From contig CAVUDP010000002.1 in NCBI GenBank assembly GCA_963740315.1, positions 3,776,001-3,840,000 of the forward strand: DNA of 64,000 nucleotides, in the 5' to 3' direction. Below the pieces are notes generated by a model, which worked only from the letters and a program-made list of their open reading frames with translations, ran no database searches and was not told the origin of the DNA. Origin of the DNA: an uncultured cyanobacterium (GTDB lineage: Bacteria > Cyanobacteriota > Cyanobacteriia > Cyanobacteriales > Nostocaceae). Of this stretch, positions 54,249 to 64,000 are shown one piece after another. Both the position numbers and the translations under genes were made by a program. Every line of letters begins with the position of its first letter. The first letter of the stretch is position 1.

Positions 54249-54323
54249 TTTAAGTACCTCATAATTTAGGTATAGATCCGACATCAGATTAATGATGGTT
54301 GTTCCTTTGTGGGGTTAAAATTT

Positions 54324-54418
54324 AGACCACGCTGTATCGCTTCTTGCCAATCGCTTATCTTTGCCCAGAAAGAGGGGATAAAACGGCTGATACAGAGCAA
54401 ATAAAAGATTTCTGCTGC
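54324..54418 (-). pseudogene. Fragment of the P-type ATPase 3' region
   Basis: AAEIFYLLCISRFIPSFWAKI...AIQR matches about 56210-56300. Confidence 0.85.
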
Positions 54419-54599
54419 CTTGACTCCAGGGAAGTTGAGGTGCTGATTCAGGCAAATCAAGAACCTGGAGAATATCTTGATTTCTAAAGTTTGTGGGACA
54501 AATTTCAATTGACCAGTATGGGTTTTACGGTATAAGTTTCGGCAGCAACGGGTGGTGTTCAGAAAATTAAAGCGATCGCTAATAAAAAATAGCCTGAGC

Positions 54600-55040
54600 T
54601 TACTCTGATGTTTGATTTCCAGTTATCTCACTAGGCTGAATGCGATAAATTGCGACTACGTTCTCACGCCCTAAAGCGTCGATCCAGGTTCTACTAATCG
54701 CAGGTGAAAGCGTTGTTGGGTTGCGCTCTTTGACCAATTGCATAATGCGATCGATCTCTGACTGTTGGGTGAGACGCTCCACTCGACCCGTGACTATAAC
54801 ACTGCGCCAGTGCAGAATATCTCGAACGTCTTCGACCTGTAAGCACACGTGCGGATTAGCATCCATATACTGAGTCTTTTGACCTTCAGTTGTAAAAATG
54901 TAAATGGTTGAGTCTTCTAAATAATATTGAATTGGTACAACATATGGTCGTCCTTCTAAAGCACAGCCCAAGTGACCATATCCAACTTGCTGTAAGAGAC
55001 TTTGGATCTCTTTTGAACCCATTATGTCAATGTCTAGCAT
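54600..55040 (-). CDS. Pyridoxamine 5'-phosphate oxidase-like flavin-binding protein (alternative start 55088)
   Basis: GHLGC, PYVVPI, EGQK, NPHVCLQV and WRSVIVTG. Confidence 0.88.
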   Translation of the reverse strand: MLDIDIMGSKEIQSLLQQVGYGHLGCALEGRPYVVPIQYYLEDSTIYIFTTEGQKTQYMDANPHVCLQVEDVRDILHWRSVIVTGRVERLTQQSEIDRIMQLVKERNPTTLSPAISRTWIDALGRENVVAIYRIQPSEITGNQTSE

Positions 55041-55176
55041 TCTTATTTCCTTATTACAGTTGTTTGTCTTGCGATATTTTGTTGGCAATTTGCTGTTGTC
55101 ACCATAAATCTTCGTTCCTCGTTAAATTTTTACCTCTTCGCACCTATAAGGCGAGTATGTGTTTGAGGTTGATTCT

Positions 55177-55208
55177 GTTGTAAACAATTAATTTGAGGAA
55201 CTTATGAG
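55177..55208 (-). promoter_or_regulatory. CTCA-box promoter 13
   Basis: CTCATAAGTTCCTCAAATT + 7 nt + TACAAC. Confidence 0.8.
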
Positions 55209-55440
55209 GATGAATTTGTGGAGCGACAATAAAGTCAACAGACCAATATCTAAAATTTGACTTGCTACGTTAAATTAAGATCGGCTATTATTTCAATCTT
55301 CTATGAAAGATCGTTTGAGGGTTAAAGAGTTACCAAGTGCGCTGGCAACACTGAGAGAGCAACAATTATCAAAAAAATCAATTCAATCATCAACATTATT
55401 ATCTAGTTGCCAGCTAAAGGCTAAAAACTATTTCAAACCT

Positions 55441-55842
55441 TTAATCTAAGACTTTGTGGTGTTGGTTTTTATTGCAGTAGTCAACACAATTAGTAGCGTG
55501 TTCAGTAAAAACCCAAGAAGGATGCACTGCACATTTAAGGTATGGGTTTATATCATAGAACTGACAGTTTCTACAAGGAGGTGGGAAAAAAGGTGAGACA
55601 GATTTATCCTTGATTTTTATTCCTAGTTGAATAAGTTTATACAAAATCCAGCTAGTTATGCTAAGAGTAACGATGCAGATAAAAAAGGCATCAATTTTAT
55701 CGATAGTTCTGTCAGGTTGATTTACTGAAGCAAGAACAACTTTTGATTCTGTATCGATCGCTATTTTCGTACTCAAGTTCTCTGGATGGAAAGTTTGAAT
55801 ATCAAAACTATGGTTGTTAAGAGCAATATTCTCAAAGTCCAT
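55441..55842 (-). CDS. Single-TM protein with Cys-rich C-terminus (copy 2)
   Basis: Paralogue of 53856-54248. Confidence 0.75.
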   Translation of the reverse strand: MDFENIALNNHSFDIQTFHPENLSTKIAIDTESKVVLASVNQPDRTIDKIDAFFICIVTLSITSWILYKLIQLGIKIKDKSVSPFFPPPCRNCQFYDINPYLKCAVHPSWVFTEHATNCVDYCNKNQHHKVLD

Positions 55843-55976
55843 TTTAAGTACCTCATAATTTAGGTATAGTTCTTTTCCCTGTTGGAAAGACAATTGATTG
55901 TGATTCGTACAAGTAATCTATTATTATCAGTGTGATGGTTTGCCAGGTTACTTTATCAATAACCAAACAGATAAAT

Positions 55977-58781
55977 TTAGCTCAGGGGCTTAAAGCGTTT
56001 CAAAAGCGAGGCAAAAATCACCACGGGGAAGCCTGCACCCAGACACATCAGCCATTGGGTTAAACTGAGGGGAACAGTTTCAAATAAAGCGTTCATCACG
56101 GATAACTGGCTGAAGAGTATTTGTAAAACGACAATGCAAATAATCCCGATTCCAGGGGCATAAGCAACAGCTTCTTGATGCAGTCGCTCATGGGGGAAAC
56201 CCCCTGGAACGCGCTGTATCGCCTTATGACGATAGCGTATCTTTGCCCAGAGAGAAGGAATAAAACGGCTGATACAGAGCAAATAAAAGATTTCTGCTGC
56301 TACTAGGGTTTGCACTGCCATAGTACGCGCGAGGGCTTCTTCTCCCGTACTTACTACTATCCATTCAAATATGCCAAAGGTAGCTGCCCAATTAAACAAG
56401 GAAATTACTACAATCCGCCAGAGTATACTAGCCGTAAGCAGGGGTTCATTAGGCGCACGAGGTGGCGATCGCATCAAGTTTTTTGGCTGCGGTTCAAAGG
56501 CTAAGGGAATCGATAAAGAAGATGAACTGACCATATTTACCCAAAGGATTTGCAGGGGCAAAATTGGCAGTACGGTTTCTAAAAGCACCCCCGCTAAAAT
56601 CGTTAGTGCCTCTCCGCCATTGACTGGGAGAACAAAAGCGATCGCCTTTCGCAGATTAAAATAAACCGTTCGCCCTTCTTCCACCGCAGCTTCAATCGAA
56701 GCAAAATTGTCGTCAGTGAGGATAATATCAGCAGCTTCCTTAGCTACTTCCGTCCCACTTTTACCCATCGCAATGCCAATATCGGCTTGTTTTAAAGCTG
56801 GAGCATCATTCACTCCATCTCCCGTCATCGCGACAATTTCGCCTTTGGCTTGCAGTGCCTCAATCAAGCGCAGTTTTTGCTGAGGTGCTACACGCGCAAA
56901 TACCACAGTGTCTTCTACAACATTGTTCAATTCTCGATCGCTCATCTGCTCTAAGCTTTTGCCTGAGAGTGCTTGTATTTCTCCTTGGCTCAAGTTAAGC
57001 ATACGGGCGATCGCGCTGGCAGTTACGCCATGATCGCCAGTGATCATCTTGACCCCAATTCCCGCCGTCTGACAGGCTTCTACAGCCCGAATAGCTTCTT
57101 GACGAGGTGGATCTATCATCCCTTGTAAGCCTAAAAAAGTTAAACCGCGATTAATATGTTCTCGCTCCAAATGGTTAAGTTGAAAGTCAACGGATTTTTT
57201 AGCTAAGGCTAACACCCGCAATCCTTGTTCAGCCATTTGTTCGGCTATAGATTCAATCGCTTGCGCCTCAACTGCGGTTCTTCCGTTATCATCGCTTGGA
57301 TGGCAACGAGAGAGAATGGCTTCGATAGAGCCTTTGACGTAAATAATTTTGTCTCCCCTTTGGTTTTGATGAAGAGTTGCCATATACTGATGTTCGGAGG
57401 CAAAGGGAATCACATCTATTCGCGGCAGTCTCTCTTCTAAAGTAGCGCGGTGCATTCGGGCTTTGTGAGCCACGACAATCATTGCCCCCTCAGTCGGATC
57501 TCCCTCAACTATCAATTGCCCTTTTTGTTCTTTAAGATGAGAATCATTACACAGCAGTCCGCACTGCAAACACTCCCGCAGCCCTCGTTCTGCTTCAATC
57601 GCAATCGACTGGTTATCCTGTAAGATTTCACCCTCAACGCTATAGCCAGTTCCCGTAACTCGATAGTGCTGTCCTCCTGCATAAATCTCTTCAACGGTCA
57701 TTTGATTTTCAGTGAGCGTCCCTGTTTTATCAGAGCAAATGACTGTAGCACTACCCAAGGTTTCTACGGCTGGTAGTTTACGAATAATGGCATGACGACT
57801 AGCCATGCGAGAAACCCCAATGGCAAGAATAATTGTTACCAACGGGGGGAGTTGTTCGGGGATTCCACTAACCGCCAAAGCAACCGCAGTCTGAAACATC
57901 TGTAGCCAGGATTCTCCCTGTCCCAATCCCACGATGATAATTAGTGTGGCTAATCCGAGGAAAACATACAGCAGTTGCCAGCTAAACTTTTCTAATTTCC
58001 GCACTATGGGAGAGGTTAGGTTAGTTTGTCGCTCCATAAGGGCAGAGATTTTACCCGTTTCAGTGGCTTCGGCAATCGCTACCACAATTCCCCGTCCTTG
58101 CCCTGCGGTGACAATCGTACCTGCATAAGCCATATTAAGGCGATCGGCTAGGGAGGTTGCTTCTTCTAGGGGTTTACTGTTTTTATCTACTGGGAGAGAT
58201 TCTCCCGTAAGGGCAGACTCATTGATTTGCAGGTTTTTACACTGGAGCAACCGCAAATCTGCTGGGACTTTATCTCCAGCTTCTAAGCAAACAATATCTC
58301 CAGGTACGAGTTGACTTGCAGCTAAACATGAAGAGACGCGATCGCGAACCACCCTGGTTTGAGTTACCATCGACTTAGCTAAGGCTTCCATTGCTTTCTC
58401 GGCTTTAGCTTCTTGGATGTAACCGACGATCGCATTAATTAAAACAACGCCAAAGATTACCCCAGCATCCACCCACTCTTGTAAGAATAGGGTGACTAGT
58501 CCTGCCCCAATTAAAATGTACAACAGCGGTTGATTAAACTGTTGTAAAAATCGCATCCAAGCACTGGTCTTCTTTTGGGGAGTTAATTGATTCGCGCCAA
58601 AACGTTCTTGACGCTGGGCTACTTCTTGTTGGGTTAGTCCTGCTGTTGAATTACTGTTTAAGGAGGCAACAACCTCTGTCACCGACAGGCGTTCCCACTT
58701 CCGATCTAATAAAAAGTTTTGGGTGAAAATTTCTGAGCGAGATTCCGACAATTTTTTGCTTTGGGAGTATTTCTGTTTCAT
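55977..58781 (-). CDS. Cation-transporting P-type ATPase (P2A, PMA1/CtpF-like)
   Basis: TGES, CSDKTGTLTENQM, GDPTE, TGDGVNDAPAL and QILWVNM. TM4 reads IPEQLP. Confidence 0.95.
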   Translation of the reverse strand: MKQKYSQSKKLSESRSEIFTQNFLLDRKWERLSVTEVVASLNSNSTAGLTQQEVAQRQERFGANQLTPQKKTSAWMRFLQQFNQPLLYILIGAGLVTLFLQEWVDAGVIFGVVLINAIVGYIQEAKAEKAMEALAKSMVTQTRVVRDRVSSCLAASQLVPGDIVCLEAGDKVPADLRLLQCKNLQINESALTGESLPVDKNSKPLEEATSLADRLNMAYAGTIVTAGQGRGIVVAIAEATETGKISALMERQTNLTSPIVRKLEKFSWQLLYVFLGLATLIIIVGLGQGESWLQMFQTAVALAVSGIPEQLPPLVTIILAIGVSRMASRHAIIRKLPAVETLGSATVICSDKTGTLTENQMTVEEIYAGGQHYRVTGTGYSVEGEILQDNQSIAIEAERGLRECLQCGLLCNDSHLKEQKGQLIVEGDPTEGAMIVVAHKARMHRATLEERLPRIDVIPFASEHQYMATLHQNQRGDKIIYVKGSIEAILSRCHPSDDNGRTAVEAQAIESIAEQMAEQGLRVLALAKKSVDFQLNHLEREHINRGLTFLGLQGMIDPPRQEAIRAVEACQTAGIGVKMITGDHGVTASAIARMLNLSQGEIQALSGKSLEQMSDRELNNVVEDTVVFARVAPQQKLRLIEALQAKGEIVAMTGDGVNDAPALKQADIGIAMGKSGTEVAKEAADIILTDDNFASIEAAVEEGRTVYFNLRKAIAFVLPVNGGEALTILAGVLLETVLPILPLQILWVNMVSSSSLSIPLAFEPQPKNLMRSPPRAPNEPLLTASILWRIVVISLFNWAATFGIFEWIVVSTGEEALARTMAVQTLVAAEIFYLLCISRFIPSLWAKIRYRHKAIQRVPGGFPHERLHQEAVAYAPGIGIICIVVLQILFSQLSVMNALFETVPLSLTQWLMCLGAGFPVVIFASLLKRFKPLS
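56177..56220. repeat. Palindromic dispersed repeat inserted in frame in the ATPase
   Basis: GATGCAGTCGC...GGGGG-AAA-CCCCC...GCGCTGTATC; translates as IQRVPGGFPHERLH. Confidence 0.75.
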
Positions 58782-58794
58782 TTGAGATTGATGC

Positions 58795-59118
58795 CTATCG
58801 CATTGAATAATTTAGTTTTGCCCAGATAGGTGTCTTATAAGAACCAATTGTTAAAACATCAAATTGACTACCCTGACTAGCAACGTCGGTGGTAGTGCGT
58901 TGACGTAAAATATTTTCTTCTAGCACTACCCAGCGCAGTTCGATATCGGGATTGTCAGCTTCTAAGTTGCGAGATAAATCCTGCATGACCACCATGTCAC
59001 CGTTATTGACAGTGGCAATGGTCAATCGCGTTTTGCCTTTTGCCTGCGATTCACTTCCACAGGCTTGCAATAACGGTATCAGGAGGACGCTAAAGAGGAA
59101 CTTCGTTATTTTGTTCAT
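58795..59118 (-). pseudogene. Truncated duplicate of smoE
   Basis: The first ~100 aa are near-identical to 49007-50371, then the sequence breaks after PIWAK. Confidence 0.92.
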
Positions 59119-59415
59119 ATTAATTTGTCCTTTAATAAGGCTTATTACCTCCTTGATATTTAAAATTAAGATAAGAATATGAGTAAGTTGTGAGGAAGCG
59201 AAACATATTTACCGTTTTACTTCTTTTATTTTGAATAGATTTAAAAATTGCGAGCATTTGCTCAAATCTCAATCAAATGTTCAGCAAATAAAATCATACT
59301 TTTTTCTCAATAATTATGATAAAAACGTTAGCATTTGAAACAATTACCAATTTAGAGGTGGACATATCGAGCGCGATTGGGCAAAGCCTAGCGCAACTTA
59401 CTCCTTTAGGGGTAA
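58815..59415. repeat. Direct repeat copy B
   Basis: Matches 50068-50660; carries an extra TTGGGCAAAGCCTAG mini-hairpin near 59377. Confidence 0.92.
59163..59194 (-). promoter_or_regulatory. CTCA-box promoter 14 (truncated smoE and P-type ATPase)
   Basis: CTCACAACTTACTCATATT + 7 nt + TAATTT (duplicate of site 11). Confidence 0.8.
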
Positions 59416-59647
59416 AACTATCCTAATTAGATGTTGGGGTCGTTTAGGCAAGGTAGCTAACGGTGTTGCTTTTCTGATGAGCTATGAAGCGAGCTACATC
59501 ACAGGATTTAATCTAGAGGTTACGGAAGGACAGTAACTCCAAGCACTTTTTGAATAGTTGTCAAGTTGAGCATAACGCATTTGTTTGAGCATATATTCAG
59601 ATATATGCGATATAACATACAATATATAGATATTGAATAACAAAAAT

Positions 59648-60604
59648 ATGACAAATACTTCTTCCCGGCAGCGCAGTCATAAGCTCGATCTGGCAGCCCG
59701 CGCTGCTTGGCTCTACTACATCGCCGACAATACACAAGAAGAAATTGCTACAAAACTGAATGTATCACGGCAAGCAGTTCAACGATTAGTAGCTTTGGCA
59801 GTCAGTGAAAAGCTGATCAGATTTCGACTAGACCACCCCCTTAGCAATTGTATTGCTTTAACTGAAGCACTGCGCGATAAATTTGAACTGTCTACTTGTG
59901 AAGTAGTGCCAGCTAGTACAGACGGTTCGCGTAACGGTCTGGGTATTTGCGCCGCAACTCACCTAGAGACATATCTAATAGCAAAAGCACCTACTATTAT
60001 GGCATTTTCTTCCGGTCGAACATTGCGAGCGATGGTCGAGCAAATTCCTTCCATGAATCAGCCTCAACATAAGATTGTCTCTATTGTTGGCAACATGGCT
60101 CACTATGGTCGGGCAGGTCATCATGAAGTAGTTATGCACCTGAGCGAGCGTACTGGTGCTGAAGTCTATCCTGTACCGACTCCAGTAGTAGCCACCAGTG
60201 TCAAAGAACGCAAACTACTGCAAACGCAGCAATCATTTATCACCGTCGAATCTTTAGTCAATCAGGCAAAAGTCACCTTTGTCGGCATTGGTAATATTGG
60301 CTGGAATGCTCCACTACATGAAAGTGGATTTATTAACGATCGAGAAATTACCGAACTGATAGAATTAGGTGCTGTCGGAGAAATTGCGGGATGGGCTTAC
60401 AACCAACAGGGTATATTATTAAAAAAGGGTACTAATACGCGAGTCGCGGGTGTACCTCTCAAACAGCCAGTTCATCGACTGACGATTGGAGTTGCAGGAG
60501 GTTTGCACAAAAAAGAAGCTTTGGAAGCCGCTCTACAAGGCAGGTTGATTAATGGATTAATTACAGATGAAGCAGTGGCTAAATCAATTCTTCAGATGGC
60601 ATAA
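59648..60604 (+). CDS. SorC-family sugar-binding transcriptional regulator (SmoC-like)
   Basis: AARAAWLYY..TQEEIA HTH, SGRTL, VGIG, GAVGEIAGW and LITDE. Confidence 0.92.
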   Translation: MTNTSSRQRSHKLDLAARAAWLYYIADNTQEEIATKLNVSRQAVQRLVALAVSEKLIRFRLDHPLSNCIALTEALRDKFELSTCEVVPASTDGSRNGLGICAATHLETYLIAKAPTIMAFSSGRTLRAMVEQIPSMNQPQHKIVSIVGNMAHYGRAGHHEVVMHLSERTGAEVYPVPTPVVATSVKERKLLQTQQSFITVESLVNQAKVTFVGIGNIGWNAPLHESGFINDREITELIELGAVGEIAGWAYNQQGILLKKGTNTRVAGVPLKQPVHRLTIGVAGGLHKKEALEAALQGRLINGLITDEAVAKSILQMA

Positions 60605-60679
60605 GCACCTATTTGGCGTGAAGCGGGCGTATCGCAGGTTCTTTGATGAGTTGAGGAACATCAGGAGAGCGAAATTCAA

Positions 60680-60711
60680 AGATTAGAAGAAAAATGTGAG
60701 ATTTTTGTGAG
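60680..60711 (-). promoter_or_regulatory. CTCA-box promoter 15 (antisense to the SorC gene 3' end)
   Basis: CTCACAAAAATCTCACATT + 7 nt + TAATCT. Confidence 0.6.
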
Positions 60712-61005
60712 TAAATATATTTGTAAGTAAAAAATATTTATAGTATTATCAGTAGCTTTTTAAAGTATCTTATTTACAAGCAGTTAGCTGCTAAGTATTA
60801 TAAAACGTTAAAGTTTTTGGTTCTTCAGTACCTAGTATGCCAAATTTTTAGTTAAAAACTCAAATCTTGTTTTTTAACATGGGTTTAAAACTCAAATTTG
60901 TAAAAAGTTAAAAAGTTTTAATATCTGTCCCATTAATTTTAATGATCCGCATAGTAAGATGAACGGTATTATTATTTGAGTTCTATTTATAGGAATTAAA
61001 GCTAT

Positions 61006-61189
61006 TAAGTAGGTAGTTGCAATTATTTGTAATACGCATTTCGACTACGCTCAATGTTTAATAAGTCTTACCGGATTTCTTCGACGCAAAGCCCCTAAAT
61101 TCTATTTATGGGGATGTTCGCTTACTATGAGGGGGTTGAGCGAAGTCGAAACCCGACAATTTAATGATTTAATTATGCCTTGCTACTTA
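61006..61189. mobile_element. MITE-like nested inverted repeat
   Basis: Ends TAAGTAG...CTACTTA; inner pair TTTCGACTACGCTCAA (61039-61054) and TTGAGCGAAGTCGAAA (61136-61151); central CCCC...GGGG hairpin. Confidence 0.6.
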
Positions 61190-61379
61190 GATGGGGACTT
61201 GCAGTCCCCGAGGGGCTTAAATTCCAGCTTTATCAACGTTTTGTGCTTCTATAAGAGTTTCACTCAATATCAAGTAAAGAAAATTAAAGATATAGCCGGT
61301 TACACAAATCTTAAAATTGTTCTATTGTAAAGATTGAGCATAAAAATGCTTTCTTAAAATTACCACCCGCACTCGCACT

Positions 61380-64000
61380 ATGCAGCAGAACCAGCGGTTT
61401 TCACTGGAACAAGCGATAGAACGCAATCCTTTAATTGTTACTCCTGACACAGCTTTAGTTAAAGTGATTGAGTTAATGAGCCAGGGGTGGAGAAGAATTT
61501 GCCATCTCGATCAAAATCATTTCTCTTCAGATGAAAATCAGGTGGTGTCAGTACACAGTAGTTATGCCTTAGTAATGCAGGATTCGCACATAATTGGTAT
61601 TTTTACCGAGCGCGATATGATGCGGTTGCTTGCTGCTGCCAAAATACGACAGGAGACAACTATTGCAGAAGTAATGAGCGAGGAAATAGTGACGCTCAAA
61701 GCTGCTGAAATTGAAGATGTTTTTACCGTCTTGAGTTTAACTTGCGATCGCAATATTCGCCATCTACCAATTGTTGATGAGCAAAACCAACTTCTAGGGA
61801 TAATTACACCCGAAGGAATGCGAACAGCGCTTCATCCTACCGAGTGGCTGAGATTTCGCCGAGTTGCTGAAGTGATGAATACCCAAGTTCTTCATGTACC
61901 TCCAACAGCATCGGTGCTAGATGCAATCAAATTAATGGTTGAACATCATGCTAGCTGTGTGGTGATTGTGGAAGAGGATGGGGAAACAAGGGGATGGGGG
62001 GACAAGGGGATCGCAGAACAAGGAAATGATTCCACTTCTCCACTCATTCCGATTGGAATTCTTACCGAACGCGATATAATTCAATTTCAGAAATTGGAGT
62101 TAAATTTAGAACGCACGCAGGTACAAACTGTCATGAGTTCGCCGCTATGTTTGGTAAATGCGGAGGAATCATTATGGGCTGTACACCAGAAAATGCACCA
62201 GTATCGGGTACGGCGGTTGGTGATTGCTGGTCAAGCAGGAGAATTACGGGGAATAATTACGGAAACTAGCTTATTACAAGCCTTAGACCCGACTGAGATG
62301 TATGGGGTTTTGGATCTATTGCAGCAAAAAGTCGAACGCTTGGAGCTACAAAGAAGTGAATTATCACAAAGCTACACCAAGCAATCTCAACTTTATCAGC
62401 AATTAGAAACAGCACTTGAAGAACGCAAGCAGATAGAAAAAGTACTGCGAGAGGAAAGAAACTTAACATCTGCTATTTTAGATGTTGCTGGGGCTTTAAT
62501 AGTTGTTATAGATAAACAAGGACAAATTGTTAGCTTTAATCAAGGCTGTGAACGAATTACTGGTTATAGCTCTGAAGAGATTGAAAATAAGCAGGTATGG
62601 GATTTAATTGCTCCAGAAGAAATAGAAACTATTACAAAAGTTTTTGAGCAACTTAAAAAAGGTGAATTTCCTAATCAACATCAAAACTATTGGGTAGCAA
62701 AAGATGGAAGTCGTCGTTTAATTAGCTGGTCAAATACTTGTTTGATTGATGATGATGGTTCGGTCAAATATATTATTGCTACGGGAATTGATATTACCCA
62801 AAAGCATCAAGTAGAAGAAGACTTAAACCGTTTTTTCTCGCTTTCTCTAGATATGCTTTGTGTTGGTGGGTTCGATGGCTATTTTAAACAAGTTAATCCA
62901 GCCTTTAAAGAAACTTTAGGATATGAGAAAGATGAATTATTAGCACAATCCTTTTTAAGTTTTATTCACCCAGATGATGTAGCAGCGACTTTAGCGGAAA
63001 TGGATCAAATTTCTCGAGGAGTCAAAACTATTGGCTTTGAAAACCGCTATCGCTGTAAAGATGGTTCTTATAAGTGGATACAGTGGAATGCCACACCTTA
63101 CGAGCAACAATTTTATGCTTTAGGGCGAGATATAACCGAACGCAGACAAATGCAGTTAGATATTCAAGAAAGTGAAAAAAGATATCGCTACATCTATGAA
63201 AATACTCCGGTAATGCTGCACTCGATTGATAGTTATGGAAATCTTATTAGCGTCAGTAATTTTTGGTTAGAGAAATTAGGTTATCAACGTCATAAAGTGT
63301 TAGGACGCAAATCAACGGAATTTCTGACTCCGGAATCGCAAAAATATGCTCGTCAAGTTCTACCAGAGTACTTTGAAAAAGGTTTTTGTCAGGATATTCC
63401 ATATCAAATTGTTAGAAAAGATGGAAAAATATTAGATATATTGTTATCAGCAATTGCGGAACGAGATGCAGATCGTAATATTATCCGTTCTTTAGCTGTT
63501 TTAATTGATGTAACCGAACGCAATAAAGCCCAGCATAGAATCCACGAACAAGCTGCTTTACTAGATGTTGCAACGGATGCAATTATGGTTCGGGATCTGA
63601 AAAACCAAATCTTATTTTGGAACCAAGGTGCGGAACGTTTATATGGCTTTACCTCAGCAGAAGCCTTGGGTAAAAATGCTAATGAATTAATTTACCGCGA
63701 GTCCTTTCCACAATTAGAAGAAATCCATCAAATACTATTCGAGTCAGGTTATTGGAAAGGCGAATTATATCAAGTTACCAAAGCTGGCAATGATATCGTT
63801 ATTTTTAGTACTTGGAATTTGGTAAGCGACGAGCAAGGAAATCCTAAATCAATATTAGTTGTTAATACCGATATTACCGAAAAAAAGCAATTAGAAGCTC
63901 AATTTCTCCGCGCTCAACGTTTGGAAAGTATCGGTACATTATCTGGTGGAATTGCTCACGATTTAAACAATATTCTTACTCCAATTTTGGCGATTTCTCA
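61380..64000 (+). CDS. Sensor histidine kinase: 4xCBS, about 4xPAS/PAC, HisKA (3' end outside window; absent from the ORF track)
   Basis: ATG at 61380 is in frame with QFLRAQRLESIGTLSGGIAHDLNNILTP at the window end. GIFTERD and GILTERD CBS motifs and four DIT/DVT PAC endings. Confidence 0.92.
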   Translation, partial: MQQNQRFSLEQAIERNPLIVTPDTALVKVIELMSQGWRRICHLDQNHFSSDENQVVSVHSSYALVMQDSHIIGIFTERDMMRLLAAAKIRQETTIAEVMSEEIVTLKAAEIEDVFTVLSLTCDRNIRHLPIVDEQNQLLGIITPEGMRTALHPTEWLRFRRVAEVMNTQVLHVPPTASVLDAIKLMVEHHASCVVIVEEDGETRGWGDKGIAEQGNDSTSPLIPIGILTERDIIQFQKLELNLERTQVQTVMSSPLCLVNAEESLWAVHQKMHQYRVRRLVIAGQAGELRGIITETSLLQALDPTEMYGVLDLLQQKVERLELQRSELSQSYTKQSQLYQQLETALEERKQIEKVLREERNLTSAILDVAGALIVVIDKQGQIVSFNQGCERITGYSSEEIENKQVWDLIAPEEIETITKVFEQLKKGEFPNQHQNYWVAKDGSRRLISWSNTCLIDDDGSVKYIIATGIDITQKHQVEEDLNRFFSLSLDMLCVGGFDGYFKQVNPAFKETLGYEKDELLAQSFLSFIHPDDVAATLAEMDQISRGVKTIGFENRYRCKDGSYKWIQWNATPYEQQFYALGRDITERRQMQLDIQESEKRYRYIYENTPVMLHSIDSYGNLISVSNFWLEKLGYQRHKVLGRKSTEFLTPESQKYARQVLPEYFEKGFCQDIPYQIVRKDGKILDILLSAIAERDADRNIIRSLAVLIDVTERNKAQHRIHEQAALLDVATDAIMVRDLKNQILFWNQGAERLYGFTSAEALGKNANELIYRESFPQLEEIHQILFESGYWKGELYQVTKAGNDIVIFSTWNLVSDEQGNPKSILVVNTDITEKKQLEAQFLRAQRLESIGTLSGGIAHDLNNILTPILAIS

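Noticed and set aside
54276..54330. IRHQINDGCSFVGLKFR as a group II intron RT fragment
   Set aside because: Similarity is too short and weak, and no other RT or intron features are nearby.

Overview
AT-rich cyanobacterial DNA (frequent HIP1 GCGATCGC octamers and heptamer STRR arrays suggest a filamentous Nostocales-type host; this is inference). After the 3' end of a probable helicase gene, the window is a mosaic accessory island for ion, pH and energy homeostasis. It holds a frameshifted hdeD-phosphoketolase-H+-ATPase operon, a frameshifted SulP, an ABC exporter with HlyD, an arsenic operon (arsR-pstS-acr3-arsH-arsC), Hsp20, and a Na+-type N-ATPase operon interrupted by an antiporter and a CBS kinase. 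It also holds a persulfide dioxygenase-rhodanese pair, a mannitol/sorbitol uptake operon with a SorC regulator, TrkA, NhaP, a P-type ATPase and a second CBS/PAS kinase that runs off the end. The strongest unexplained signal is one promoter motif found 15 times: a 19-bp box (consensus CTCACAACTTCCTCAAATT, a CTCA direct repeat with 11-bp period) followed exactly 7 bp later by a TA-initial -10 hexamer (13 of 15 are TAnnnT). It ties most of the island into a candidate regulon of an OmpR-type activator that is not encoded in the window. Two copies have no annotated target. Other notable items are frameshifts that look like micro-inversions, an orphan IS200/IS605 right-end (omega-RNA-like) structure, a 600-bp duplication that captures the polyol promoter, and a hydrolase lacking its catalytic residues. 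All calls come from reading the sequence; no searches were run.
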